From contig JAHLWR010000001.1 of NCBI GenBank assembly GCA_019057815.1, forward strand, positions 1 through 64,000: a stretch of DNA of 64,000 nt. The letters run 5' to 3'. Source of the DNA: Candidatus Heimdallarchaeota archaeon (GTDB lineage Archaea; Asgardarchaeota; Heimdallarchaeia; Heimdallarchaeales; Heimdallarchaeaceae). How positions within the stretch are numbered: position 1 is the first letter of the stretch; each line of letters begins with the position of its first letter. Positions 51,266 through 60,715 of this stretch are shown piece by piece. A program made the translations under genes and the position numbers. The notes under the pieces are model-generated. The model worked only from the letters and a program-made list of their open reading frames with translations. It ran no database searches and had not been told where the DNA came from.

Positions 51266-52141
51266 ATGAAAAAGCAGTTTGTTTTTGTTTTACCAATAAT
51301 TATTTTTTTACTATCTTCAACCTTTAGTACAGTACATGTGTCTGCTGATGATGAATTAGGCATTTTCGCAGAAGAAATGACTAAAGACTCAATGTATTTA
51401 TGGTATTTCACAGAATTAGAATTCTCAGGTCTCTGGGATGGCTATGGGATAATTCTCAATGAAAAAACAGTTAAAGAAGGAAACACTATAGGAGTAAAAG
51501 TACTTACAGGAGCTAATGAAACACAAGTTTATAGAGATAATAGTTCCAAAATCAGCTTTGAAACTGATGAACCTATTTTCGAATATTATTTCGAAGATGA
51601 ACTCCTAACAGATAAGAGTCTTGACGACCTTTTGCATCTTTTTACTGTCAACGTTTCCAGTTTAATTCTCCCAATTATTGCACAAAATGGAACGTCACAA
51701 GAATCATGGTTCCAAGGACCTTATGACTTCTTTCATGAAAATTGGGAGATGGTTAATGAAACAGAACAAGATGACTATTATTATCTTCGATACGAAAATG
51801 ATATGGATTTCATTTTAGAATCATCATTTTTCACTATAACTATGAATGAACATTTAGTTTACAAAACCTATGATAATGGGGTGGTAAACGCAACAGGTGA
51901 TGAACTCATAGATCTTGAGTTAAAGTTTAACGTAACAAGTGGGCGTTTCCATAGTTTTCGTTTCACTTATGATGTTGAAGCAGAAGTAGAAGGAGACCAA
52001 CAATCGGGTAGAGTTGTTATTGAAATTGGAGGAGAATATGAATCATCCTTCTTACCCTTTGAATGGGGCTATGGTATAATAGGTCTAGTAATTGCGGGTT
52101 TTGCTGTAATTGTGATAAGGAAAAGAAAAAGAAACAAGTAA
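51266..52141 (+). CDS. Acidic secreted protein with C-terminal TM anchor
   Basis: Signal peptide from ATG 51266; C-terminal PFEW-TM-RKRKR. Confidence 0.72.
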   Translation: MKKQFVFVLPIIIFLLSSTFSTVHVSADDELGIFAEEMTKDSMYLWYFTELEFSGLWDGYGIILNEKTVKEGNTIGVKVLTGANETQVYRDNSSKISFETDEPIFEYYFEDELLTDKSLDDLLHLFTVNVSSLILPIIAQNGTSQESWFQGPYDFFHENWEMVNETEQDDYYYLRYENDMDFILESSFFTITMNEHLVYKTYDNGVVNATGDELIDLELKFNVTSGRFHSFRFTYDVEAEVEGDQQSGRVVIEIGGEYESSFLPFEWGYGIIGLVIAGFAVIVIRKRKRNK

Positions 52142-52332
52142 TTTACTTGGGTTTAGATATTGAACTAAACCATTTTATTCTACCTACTTGCTTATGGCAT
52201 GAACTTTGTACATTTCTTTGTATATTTAATCCTTTAGAAGTACTTATTATATTGAATCCAAATTACAAAATCCATTTTTGTAAGTAGTGAAGTTTTTTAA
52301 ATAATATACCATTATTATTTTAGTGAATAATC

Positions 52333-52713
52333 ATGGAATTTTATGGAACCGCAGATTGGAAAACAGAAAAACATGTACCAGTTATTGAAGTACCGGAAAC
52401 AATTGAAAAAGGAGCTTTAATTTCTGTTAAAGTATCAGTAGGAAAAGAAATAGCTCACCCAAACACTACAATACATCATATCCGATGGATAAAACTGCTG
52501 TTTTGGCCAGAAGAAGAGAAATATCCTTATGAAATTGGAAAAATAGAATTCAGTTCTCACGGAGAATCTATCAAAGGTGCTGATACAAGTACAGTATATA
52601 CAGAACCTTTTGGTAAATTCCGTTTCAAAACAGAAAAATCTGGAAAACTAATAGCTACAAGCTCATGTAACATCCACGGATTATGGAAATCTGAAAAAGA
52701 AATTAAGGTTTGA
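52333..52713 (+). CDS. sor: Superoxide reductase (neelaredoxin / class II SORL)
   Basis: EKHVP, HPNT..HHI.WI and CNIHGLW motifs. Confidence 0.93.
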   Translation: MEFYGTADWKTEKHVPVIEVPETIEKGALISVKVSVGKEIAHPNTTIHHIRWIKLLFWPEEEKYPYEIGKIEFSSHGESIKGADTSTVYTEPFGKFRFKTEKSGKLIATSSCNIHGLWKSEKEIKV

Positions 52714-52768
52714 AACCTTTAATCCTTCCTTTTTTTCTTTTAGTAAAAATAGAACGTTTTATTTATTC

Positions 52769-54111
52769 ATGAACTACTCCTACCTAAAGGTAGGCGTTTC
52801 TTGATTCATTGAAAAGACTTGTCCACTGATGATTGCCGAAGCAGTAAGAGTGAACAGGGGTCTGTTCTCCACAAGTAAAGAGGTATGTCCCTTACGCCTC
52901 TTCAAAATGTTTATTGAAGCGTTATAGTCACGGTCTAGCTCTAAGCCACAATAAGGACAAGAGTGTGTCCTATCATTTAATGTCTTGGGGACTATCTCTC
53001 CACATCTGGAACATTCTTGAGTAGTGCCTCTAGGAGGAACTTTAACTAGTTCTTTATCAGCGTTTACAGCTTTATAAGCTAAATAGTTGAAGAATATTCC
53101 CCACGAAGCGTCGAGAATGTTACGATGGAGTGTGCGTGACCGCTTGTGTTTCTTATTTCCGTTCTGTGTGAGTCCTTTAATATTCAAGTTTTCCACACAG
53201 ATAATATCATAATTATCTACATAAAAGTTTGAGACTTTATGTAAGAAGTCTTTACGCTGGTCAACAGCTTTAGTGTAGAGTTTAGCCAACTGATATTTGG
53301 CTTTTAACCAATTCTTTGAACCTTGCTTTTTACGACTAAGAGATTTGTGCTTATTTTTAAGTTTCTTTAATTGTCTTTCTATGTTTTTAGGATTCTCTAT
53401 CTCTCGTCCATCCGAATCCACTGCGTAAGAATTTATCCCTACATCTATCCCTACGCTTTTAGAGGTTTTAGGAAGAGATATAGGAGCGTTCTCTACTTGT
53501 ATATTAGCGAACCATCTACCTGTTTGAGAACGTTTGAGTATTATGCCCTTGACTTTGTTTGTACGTATACGATTGTTTAATCCTCTACAATTGATAGTAC
53601 CTATCTTAGAAAAGGTTAGTTTATTTTTGTTTTCATCTATCTTGAATCCACTCTGGTTATAGTTGATAGTCTTGTACCATCCTTTTCCTTTGAAACGTAA
53701 GTGACCGATCTTATGTCCATTCTTCTTTAATTGTGCTAGACTTTTGATATTTGTCCATAGAGTGTAATTGACCATCTGTAAAACTTTAGAATATACCCCT
53801 TTCAATTCAGGCATAGAACTGTTTTTTAGCCCCACGATAAAAGATTGAGTTTTGATTTGTGTGAGTTTTTCTCCCTTCTCTCACGCTTTTTTGCGCTCTT
53901 CTAATAGCTTATTATAGAGTTTTCTGCAAATATCCAACTGTTCAATGAGTGTGGCTTGTTGCTGTTTATTAGGGTACAGTTGCACTTTGTAGGTTAACAT
54001 CAGTTCATTTCCTTATTTCCTTAGTACTTTTTTCACTATAAAAAGACGAGTATATGCTAAAGTGATGTTTCTATCGCATTCATCCCCACCTAAAGTTAGG
54101 GGATTTCTGCT
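52769..54111 (-). mobile_element. IS200/IS605-family TnpB-only element, copy 2
   Basis: Left end (agcagaaatcccctaactttaggtggggatgaatgc) and right end (gtaggagtagttcat) homologous to copy 1. Confidence 0.85.
52780..54000 (-). pseudogene. tnpB: tnpB with a nonsense mutation at codon 40
   Basis: ATG at 54000 aligns with the copy 1 start; CGA (Arg40) in copy 1 is TGA here (53883-53881); the rest of the frame is open. Confidence 0.88.
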
Positions 54112-54122
54112 ATGCTCAATAT

Positions 54123-54533
54123 TTAAAAGTCTTCAGCAGTAGCAGATTCTTCTTTTTTCTTCACTACTTCAGCTGCATCTGCTTCTTTTTGTGCTTCCTG
54201 AACTTTTTGCTCTCTTTTGTTTAACTCTTGTTCTTTATCTGCAATTTTTACTTCAAGTTCGCGTATTTTAAGTTCTTTCTCAGCAATTGAAGCTTCTATT
54301 TTCTTAACAGCAACTTCTAGCTTAAAGGCTTTATCTGGTCGCCCTTTTTCTTTTTCTTCTGCAGCTTTCATTAGTTTTTCTTCAATTGACTTGTAATCCT
54401 TGAAACTCTTCTTATGTTGAGATGCGACTTTTTTCCTAAGATCTTGGATGTCTTTAAGAGTGTCATAAATATCCATTTCCAAATCATATTGCTCTTCACG
54501 CAATTCATAATACTTCTTTCCTTCTTCACTCAT
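54123..54533 (-). CDS. Coiled-coil hypothetical protein
   Basis: Lys/Glu-rich heptad pattern. Confidence 0.75.
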   Translation of the reverse strand: MSEEGKKYYELREEQYDLEMDIYDTLKDIQDLRKKVASQHKKSFKDYKSIEEKLMKAAEEKEKGRPDKAFKLEVAVKKIEASIAEKELKIRELEVKIADKEQELNKREQKVQEAQKEADAAEVVKKKEESATAEDF

Positions 54534-54606
54534 TTAGATCACAAATTCTAATGCATATTTGCTATATTAAATCTATTTGTTTGTAGATTATTTAGCTTTT
54601 CAGAAT

Positions 54607-55173
54607 TCAGAAAAGGAAAGTATCACTTAATTCGATAAAAGGAGTAAACAATAGATGTATTTTGTCTCTTAATAGATATAAAATTATAGAACCTATAATT
54701 CCAGCTATTGATCCCCCCAAAATATCCAAGAAATAGTGAGCTTTTATAATTATCCGTCCATAACCTACTAGAATAGCCCAAATAAGGATTATCCAGCCTA
54801 TCTTTGGGAAAAGAAGCATTATCATAGTAGCTGAACAAGCCATTCTACCCGCATGACCACTTGGAAAACTCCAAATATCTAGTTTACTCACATATTTACT
54901 CTGTACTTCTTTGGATGGTCTTTTCCTTCTAATGATTCGTTTAAGTATCTGAATGACCAAACCAACAACAGCTATAGCGGTTATTTGTAACAAATTTTCA
55001 AATCTAGGGAATATTATGTCAAAGATATAACATATTAAACTGAAAGCTAGCCAAGGTAAGAAATCTCCTGATTTTGCAAAAAAACCTGCAAATTTATGAT
55101 TCATGAGGTCTGTATCAACAATACGCTGAGTAAGAGTCTGATCCCATGTTCCTAACTTGCTCAACGTTGACAT
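54607..55173 (-). CDS. PAP2 family membrane phosphatase
   Basis: K....R.RP, SFPSGH and GR....AHY..D motifs. Confidence 0.92.
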   Translation of the reverse strand: MSTLSKLGTWDQTLTQRIVDTDLMNHKFAGFFAKSGDFLPWLAFSLICYIFDIIFPRFENLLQITAIAVVGLVIQILKRIIRRKRPSKEVQSKYVSKLDIWSFPSGHAGRMACSATMIMLLFPKIGWIILIWAILVGYGRIIIKAHYFLDILGGSIAGIIGSIILYLLRDKIHLLFTPFIELSDTFLF

Positions 55174-55371
55174 TGTAAGTAGTAATAAGAATCAAACCCT
55201 AATGAATATAATGTTAGTTGAAATTTACTTAAAGAATAGAAAATTTAGAGAAAAAAGGATTTATGTTCTTTTCTTCACTTTTTCTAATAACAGAAAAGAA
55301 AAATTTAAGAAGTAAGGTAAACGAAAAAAGATTGTAGGAGCAATGAGGGAAACCTTGATGCACCAAAAAGT

Positions 55372-55492
55372 CGGGCCTTAGCTCAGCGGCAAGAGCGGGC
55401 GGCTGTAGAGTAAATCGCACTTGTGAATAGTGATCAAGGTGTCAGTCGCAAAAACCGTCAGGTCCCGCGTTCAAATCGCGGAGGCCCGACCA
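55372..55492 (+). tRNA. tRNA-Tyr(GTA) with a 45-nt intron at position 37/38 (55409-55453) and encoded CCA
   Basis: Acceptor stem CGGGCCT/AGGCCCG (C1-G72, A73); D arm GCTC/GAGC; anticodon GTA at 55405-55407; T arm CCGCG-TTCAAAT-CGCGG. Confidence 0.93.
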
Positions 55493-55775
55493 AATATTTC
55501 TAATTTTCTTTTTACTTCCTAAAAAACTATGAAGATAACATAATTCTAATTTTGGTAAATGTTACTATTTTAATAGATTATAATTAAATTAATAATTAGA
55601 ATATAATTTCTGAGTGTAACATTTTGTTAAGAGGTAATAGGATACTGCTGAAGAATATTATCAAAACTATTTCAAAAGTAATCATTCACAATCTTATTGT
55701 CGCATTGTAATAAATCCAAAAAGCGCTAAATTCAAGAAAAAACACTCAAAACATCTAAGGAAGCCAAATCTCAAA

Positions 55776-56534
55776 TTATATTTTTCTACCCACAGCTGTA
55801 AAAATAGGAATAAAAATCATCCTTGTGTTTTTCTTTATCATTTCCTTTTCCGTTCTTATAATTTCAGTAAATTCCTTTTCAGATATTTGTGAAGTTTCTA
55901 ACACTCTCCGCCATTCTTCTTCTATATTTTCAGTTAAGTGTTTCTTACTCCAAGTCTGAGCCACTACAGATACTGAAGTTTCTAAGTTTGCTGACTGGAA
56001 TAAATCCAACAATTGTCTACCCATAAACGGATTTGCACCTTGCTTTTTAAGACTCTCAACATGATACTTACCTAAGCTTAGTTCAGGATTTTCTATCCAT
56101 CCGCCATAATCAGGTTCTGCTAAAGCGATAACATATCCTCCTTTTTTACAAACTCTTACCATTTCATGAAGAACATCACTGGGTTTTGGGAGCCATAAGA
56201 AGAAATAATGGGAGAACACTATATCATAAGAAGCAGGCTTAATTTTCATAGACTTCGCATTTTCTACTAAAAAATCTACATTTTCAACCATAATTTTGGC
56301 TTTTTCAATCATCAATGGATCAGAATCTATTGCAGTAATTTTTGCAGAACATTTTTTTCTAATTTCTTTGGTTACAACTCCAGTGCCACATCCTACTTCT
56401 AGTATTCTCTTTGCGTTTAGCAATCCTATCTGGCGATAGATGTTGTTTCTGAAACCTTTTGTCCATTGAGCTTGACGCTTGAACTGTCTATCAAAAACAT
56501 CATATTCATTGTCTTTAAGATCTTTACTACTCAT
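55776..56534 (-). CDS. Class I SAM-dependent methyltransferase
   Basis: ILEVGCGTG, EMVRVCKKGG.V and EPDYGG motifs; 37 bp downstream of the radical SAM gene. Confidence 0.9.
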   Translation of the reverse strand: MSSKDLKDNEYDVFDRQFKRQAQWTKGFRNNIYRQIGLLNAKRILEVGCGTGVVTKEIRKKCSAKITAIDSDPLMIEKAKIMVENVDFLVENAKSMKIKPASYDIVFSHYFFLWLPKPSDVLHEMVRVCKKGGYVIALAEPDYGGWIENPELSLGKYHVESLKKQGANPFMGRQLLDLFQSANLETSVSVVAQTWSKKHLTENIEEEWRRVLETSQISEKEFTEIIRTEKEMIKKNTRMIFIPIFTAVGRKI

Positions 56535-56571
56535 TTAGTTCACCCAAAAAGAGAGGATGGTGTTTTAGTTT

Positions 56572-57876
56572 CTATGAAAAGGCGTTTTTACATACGTTTC
56601 CAGGGGTTATATAATTGAGAGGACAACCTCCTCCACACAACTCTCGTTCAGGACATTCAGTACATTCTTGAGGAAGATACTTCATGTTACGAAGATGTTT
56701 TGCTAGCTTATGGTTCCAGATTTTCTTCCACCTCGTTGTTAGAATGTTACCTAGGGGTTCGAAGTAACTCTGACATGGGATAACCATTCCATCTGGTTCA
56801 ATAGCCATTGCTATATGAGCAGCTGAACACTGTTTCATTCCCAAGTTCTTCTCTATTGGATTGAAATCACAATATCTTGTTGGAGAGTACCAGAGGAAAC
56901 CCATTTTAAGCTCTTCAGCCTTGTTCATCACAAGATTTAGAGTATCATCCAGTTGTTCGATAGAGAGAGATAAAGCTGGATTTTTCCCACCACCAGATTT
57001 TATTATGGCGTTTGCAGCAAATTTTTCTATTCCAAGTGAAGCTAAAAAGGAAATTGTTTCTTCAACTCCTTCAATATTATGTGGTGTTAAAGTTGTATTT
57101 GTCATAATATAGACAGGTGTTGGTATAACATTCTTTATCCCTTCAACGGTTTCCTTCCAAGCTCCTTCTACTCCCGATAATTTATCATGGGTTTTTTCAT
57201 CATAACTCTCTATTGTTACTTGAAAATGATCAATTCCTGCTGTTACTAGACTTTCAACTAGTTTTTTATCTTTCAGCTTTCTTCCATTAGTGATTATTCC
57301 AGTAACTATCCCTAAATCTTCAGCATGTTCTACTAGCTCTGTTAAATCATCTCGAAGTGTTGGTTCTCCTCCTGTAAAAGTCACATGAGGTATACCTATC
57401 TCCCATAATCTATCTAGAACTCTTTTCCACTCTTCTGTACTTAACTCTTTGATTTCTCTATTAGTTTCAACATAGCATTTTGTGCACTTGTTATTACATC
57501 TGTAAGTTAAAGCTAAATCTACTCGAAGTGGAGCTGAAAAAGGTGCTTCTTGTAAAGGTGAAATATCTTGCGAGAGATCTTGAACTGGGTCTATATCTGG
57601 TTCAGCCATTAACTCTTGTATTGATGTTCTTAGGTCATCCAAATCGTCAATAAGTTGCTGTTCTGTAACTTTGTATTTCTTCTTCAATTCTCTAATTATT
57701 TCATCGTCACCTTTTCCTTCTATTATTCTAGAGACGATTTCCGTTGCTGTCTTATTAAGATAGAAGATTCTTGTAGCATTAATTATAAGAATACCTTCAC
57801 CTTTTTTCTCTTTTCTGAGATGCATTCTACCAAAAGTTTCTGTATCTCGAAAATGATAAATTTTTGTTGACTTCAT
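56572..57876 (-). CDS. Radical SAM/SPASM enzyme with N-terminal PqqD/RRE-like domain
   Basis: YLNKTATEI...EI...L...Y.V....L..D (PqqD-like); CNNKCTKC; FTGGEP; SPASM C..IEPDG.V.PC...C..C.....CGGGC; true start is the ATG at 57876 overlapping the upstream TAA. Confidence 0.92.
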   Translation of the reverse strand: MKSTKIYHFRDTETFGRMHLRKEKKGEGILIINATRIFYLNKTATEIVSRIIEGKGDDEIIRELKKKYKVTEQQLIDDLDDLRTSIQELMAEPDIDPVQDLSQDISPLQEAPFSAPLRVDLALTYRCNNKCTKCYVETNREIKELSTEEWKRVLDRLWEIGIPHVTFTGGEPTLRDDLTELVEHAEDLGIVTGIITNGRKLKDKKLVESLVTAGIDHFQVTIESYDEKTHDKLSGVEGAWKETVEGIKNVIPTPVYIMTNTTLTPHNIEGVEETISFLASLGIEKFAANAIIKSGGGKNPALSLSIEQLDDTLNLVMNKAEELKMGFLWYSPTRYCDFNPIEKNLGMKQCSAAHIAMAIEPDGMVIPCQSYFEPLGNILTTRWKKIWNHKLAKHLRNMKYLPQECTECPERELCGGGCPLNYITPGNVCKNAFS

Positions 57877-59651
57877 TATCTTCCACCTCCGGCACACGCG
57901 CATGCACAAGCGCAAGCACAAGCACATCCTCCTCCACCGCCACCTGACCGTCCTCCAGATGTTCTTGTTGGCGCTGGCCTTGTTACTCTCTGAATTGATC
58001 GATGTAGTGACCTAGGTTTTCGAATTAATCCCGAACTAAAACTTGACACAGGGGCTATTGGTCTGATATTTCCATGGGGTTTAATTCTTCTAAATAACCT
58101 TGTGCTTGTTGGTATATAGCTAGTATTTCCTGAATAGTAGTAATAATTTACAATGTACCAGTTAGGATAGTAATAACTGCCATAATACCGATCGAAATTT
58201 TCTTCATAACCTTCGTCTACCATTACCCATAAGAACGCATCTTTCAGTTCTGGTTTAGACTTACTTAAATCTTGCCAAGATTTTTCTACAATATCTTCAT
58301 AATAATTTTTTGTTCTTCTAAGCGAGAATCCTTTCATTTTTTTGGATACATTTTTAATATGTGCCAGCAATGCTGCTTCCAGTTCCTTTTGATGTACAGG
58401 TTCGGTTGCTATACTTCCTGACATTTCTCCTTTACTAATTTTCACCGTTTCTTTATTTCTTCGTTCAATCCCTTTGATTATTTGCGTTTGACTAATGGTC
58501 ATTGTTTTTACTTTCTTGTTAACTTGTAACCTAAATGGAGATTTTTGTTTGATTGAAATATAACCCTTTTCCATCATTTCAAATAGAATAAGAGTTGCTA
58601 CTTGAGCCAACGGTCTCTCCATTACAATAGCTGCTTCTGAAGGAGTAAGGTTTTCTCTTACTCCACCTCCAAGGGAGTTAATTGATGGAGGAAGATATTT
58701 TCTAGCTTTTCTTCTTTTATTCCATAAAGAGAAAATGACTATAAAAATTATTATTGCACCAAGTGCAATTACGTACCTTTTTTCATATAATGTTAGTTTC
58801 CAAAATACTGAATGTACTTTTACATATGTATCAGGAAAAGCTATTCCAACAAAATATCCTTCATCAGGATATCCATCTATCAGGCTAAACTCTATATATG
58901 ACCCTAATGTAGTGAAATCATATACATTGAAATCACCAGAAGTTGTAAGTCTTTCTTCAACAACAGATAAGTCAATATATTCCCCAGGAAGAAAGATTCG
59001 TACAGTTCGATTTGTTGTTCCGCTCGTAAAAGAAGAGCTAAACCATGTTTGATCAAATAATAGAGATGCATATCCTTCATTCTCATCTGGAAAAATCATT
59101 GCAGGATTATGACAATATACTACTAAAACAGCTGTATGTTCAGGTAAAATAGCGTGCTCTTCTAGATATATTTCAGGACCGATTTCAATATATGTACTCT
59201 TTTGAATGTTAAATATTTCAATGCCATCTATCCATGCACGAACTGAATTTATCTTATAGTTATGATTGGGAATACCAATATCCACTATGTCGATTGGATC
59301 CGCTCCAACTAGATTCTTGAAGACAATTGTGTAGTAAATATCTATGGAACCATCTTTTAAAACAGTAATATTAGTAGTCATTGTAGGGACTTCAAAATTG
59401 TATGATTGAACAGTTGATTCATTGCTTTCAGGAATTGTAATTTCAGCAACAGCTGAACTACAAAGTAAAATTCCTATAACTAAAAGAACAAAACTTAGTG
59501 AAACTACTTTTGGAAACCTTATTTTAGACACCTTTCTTACATTTATCTTACTGCTTTTTAAATTTTCTAGCAACGTCCATCTTCTGTACTTCACTTGATT
59601 ATCTATTATATCAATAGCGAAAACAAGATTTGTTCTAATGTTAGAGTACAT
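57876..59651 (-). CDS. DUF2207-like single-pass membrane protein with C-terminal G6-(CA)6-GGGR tail
   Basis: Signal peptide; ITVLKDGSIDI N-terminal domain; TM followed by KRRKARK; LTPSEAA..ATLIL..M..KGYI; Gly/Cys-Ala tail; true start is probably downstream of 59651. Confidence 0.85.
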   Translation of the reverse strand: MYSNIRTNLVFAIDIIDNQVKYRRWTLLENLKSSKINVRKVSKIRFPKVVSLSFVLLVIGILLCSSAVAEITIPESNESTVQSYNFEVPTMTTNITVLKDGSIDIYYTIVFKNLVGADPIDIVDIGIPNHNYKINSVRAWIDGIEIFNIQKSTYIEIGPEIYLEEHAILPEHTAVLVVYCHNPAMIFPDENEGYASLLFDQTWFSSSFTSGTTNRTVRIFLPGEYIDLSVVEERLTTSGDFNVYDFTTLGSYIEFSLIDGYPDEGYFVGIAFPDTYVKVHSVFWKLTLYEKRYVIALGAIIIFIVIFSLWNKRRKARKYLPPSINSLGGGVRENLTPSEAAIVMERPLAQVATLILFEMMEKGYISIKQKSPFRLQVNKKVKTMTISQTQIIKGIERRNKETVKISKGEMSGSIATEPVHQKELEAALLAHIKNVSKKMKGFSLRRTKNYYEDIVEKSWQDLSKSKPELKDAFLWVMVDEGYEENFDRYYGSYYYPNWYIVNYYYYSGNTSYIPTSTRLFRRIKPHGNIRPIAPVSSFSSGLIRKPRSLHRSIQRVTRPAPTRTSGGRSGGGGGGCACACACACACAGGGR

Positions 59652-59696
59652 ATCATTAATAGAGTTTTACTCAAAAACCTAATCAAGAGATAAATA

Positions 59697-60617
59697 CTAA
59701 ATTTTTGTTTTAATTGTCCTTTCTCCTTTAATCATCTTACTTTTTCTTTTTTGCTTTGGTTTAGGTTTAGGTTTTATACCGAAAACTATCCGTTCTTTTG
59801 ATTTATCTATTGTAATAGTTACTTTTAGACCGCTTTTTTTTGTTCTTTTATCCCATTTGTATTTCAGAAGGTCTAAATATTCATCCTCAGTCATTTTGTT
59901 GAAATCAGAAATCTGTTCTAACGCTTTTAAATCTTTAAACCTATCAAAAATGATTTCATATTCATTATCCTTTTTCATTATTACTCCCTTCCAACCAGTT
60001 ACATTTGATCCTATTACTGCTATATATGCTGCTATTTTGAAGGAACCTTCTAGAAAACCAAATAACTGATCTACTTTCTCATTGAACTCATCAGAATCAT
60101 CAAAAAACGCCTTAGCTTTCTGTTTTCCTTGTTCTTTCTTGATTTTAGTATAAATTTTATTAATTGTTTTTATCTTCTCATAATTTTGAAGATGTTCTTT
60201 CATGTTTATATCTAAACGAGGAATTTCAGTTCTTTTTCTTTGTGTTTCTTCATAAATTGGGATAGTCATTGTATTTATACTTTCAATAACAAGCCTTTGA
60301 GCTTCTCCTTTTGGTTGAACCAATGTCCATGTAATATCACTTGTTTCCGTTGGAGAAATACGCGTTGATGAATGCATGCGTATTTTTCCGTTTCGAAGTT
60401 TTTTAACAAATCTGGGATAAACTCTAAATCTAGTAGTGCTTTGTTTAAAATTAGAAATCAACATACTCAAGTATGCTAGAATAACGCCCATTATCCCCTC
60501 ACCTCCAACTATTTCCTCTAGAGCCCAAGTTTTGTTATTATTAATTACTGATTCTAAATTAATTAGAAGATAATTAATCATTTCTTGTTCTTCTTCATTT
60601 ACATTTACATATTGCAT
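59697..60617 (-). CDS. Hypothetical protein
   Basis: 306-aa ORF with a basic C-terminus; no motif recognised. Confidence 0.7.
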   Translation of the reverse strand: MQYVNVNEEEQEMINYLLINLESVINNNKTWALEEIVGGEGIMGVILAYLSMLISNFKQSTTRFRVYPRFVKKLRNGKIRMHSSTRISPTETSDITWTLVQPKGEAQRLVIESINTMTIPIYEETQRKRTEIPRLDINMKEHLQNYEKIKTINKIYTKIKKEQGKQKAKAFFDDSDEFNEKVDQLFGFLEGSFKIAAYIAVIGSNVTGWKGVIMKKDNEYEIIFDRFKDLKALEQISDFNKMTEDEYLDLLKYKWDKRTKKSGLKVTITIDKSKERIVFGIKPKPKPKQKRKSKMIKGERTIKTKI

Positions 60618-60715
60618 CCAACCACTACCTTTCGATACTACTTAACTATATTATGCTTAATTATTTTTGCTGATGTTGATTTTGAGAAAAAAATCAACCC
60701 ATATATCGTATTTAA

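Noticed and set aside
53881-53883. In-frame TGA in tnpB copy 2 as possible selenocysteine or recoding
   Set aside because: The aligned residue in copy 1 is Arg (CGA), not Cys; a C>T transition explains it, and TGA serves as a normal stop in many genes here.
57877-57927. Cys-rich N-terminal extension MCLCLRLCMRVCRRWKI on the radical SAM ORF
   Set aside because: It is the alternative-frame reading of the upstream gene's Cys-Ala tail; the TAATG overlap at 57876 gives the natural start.
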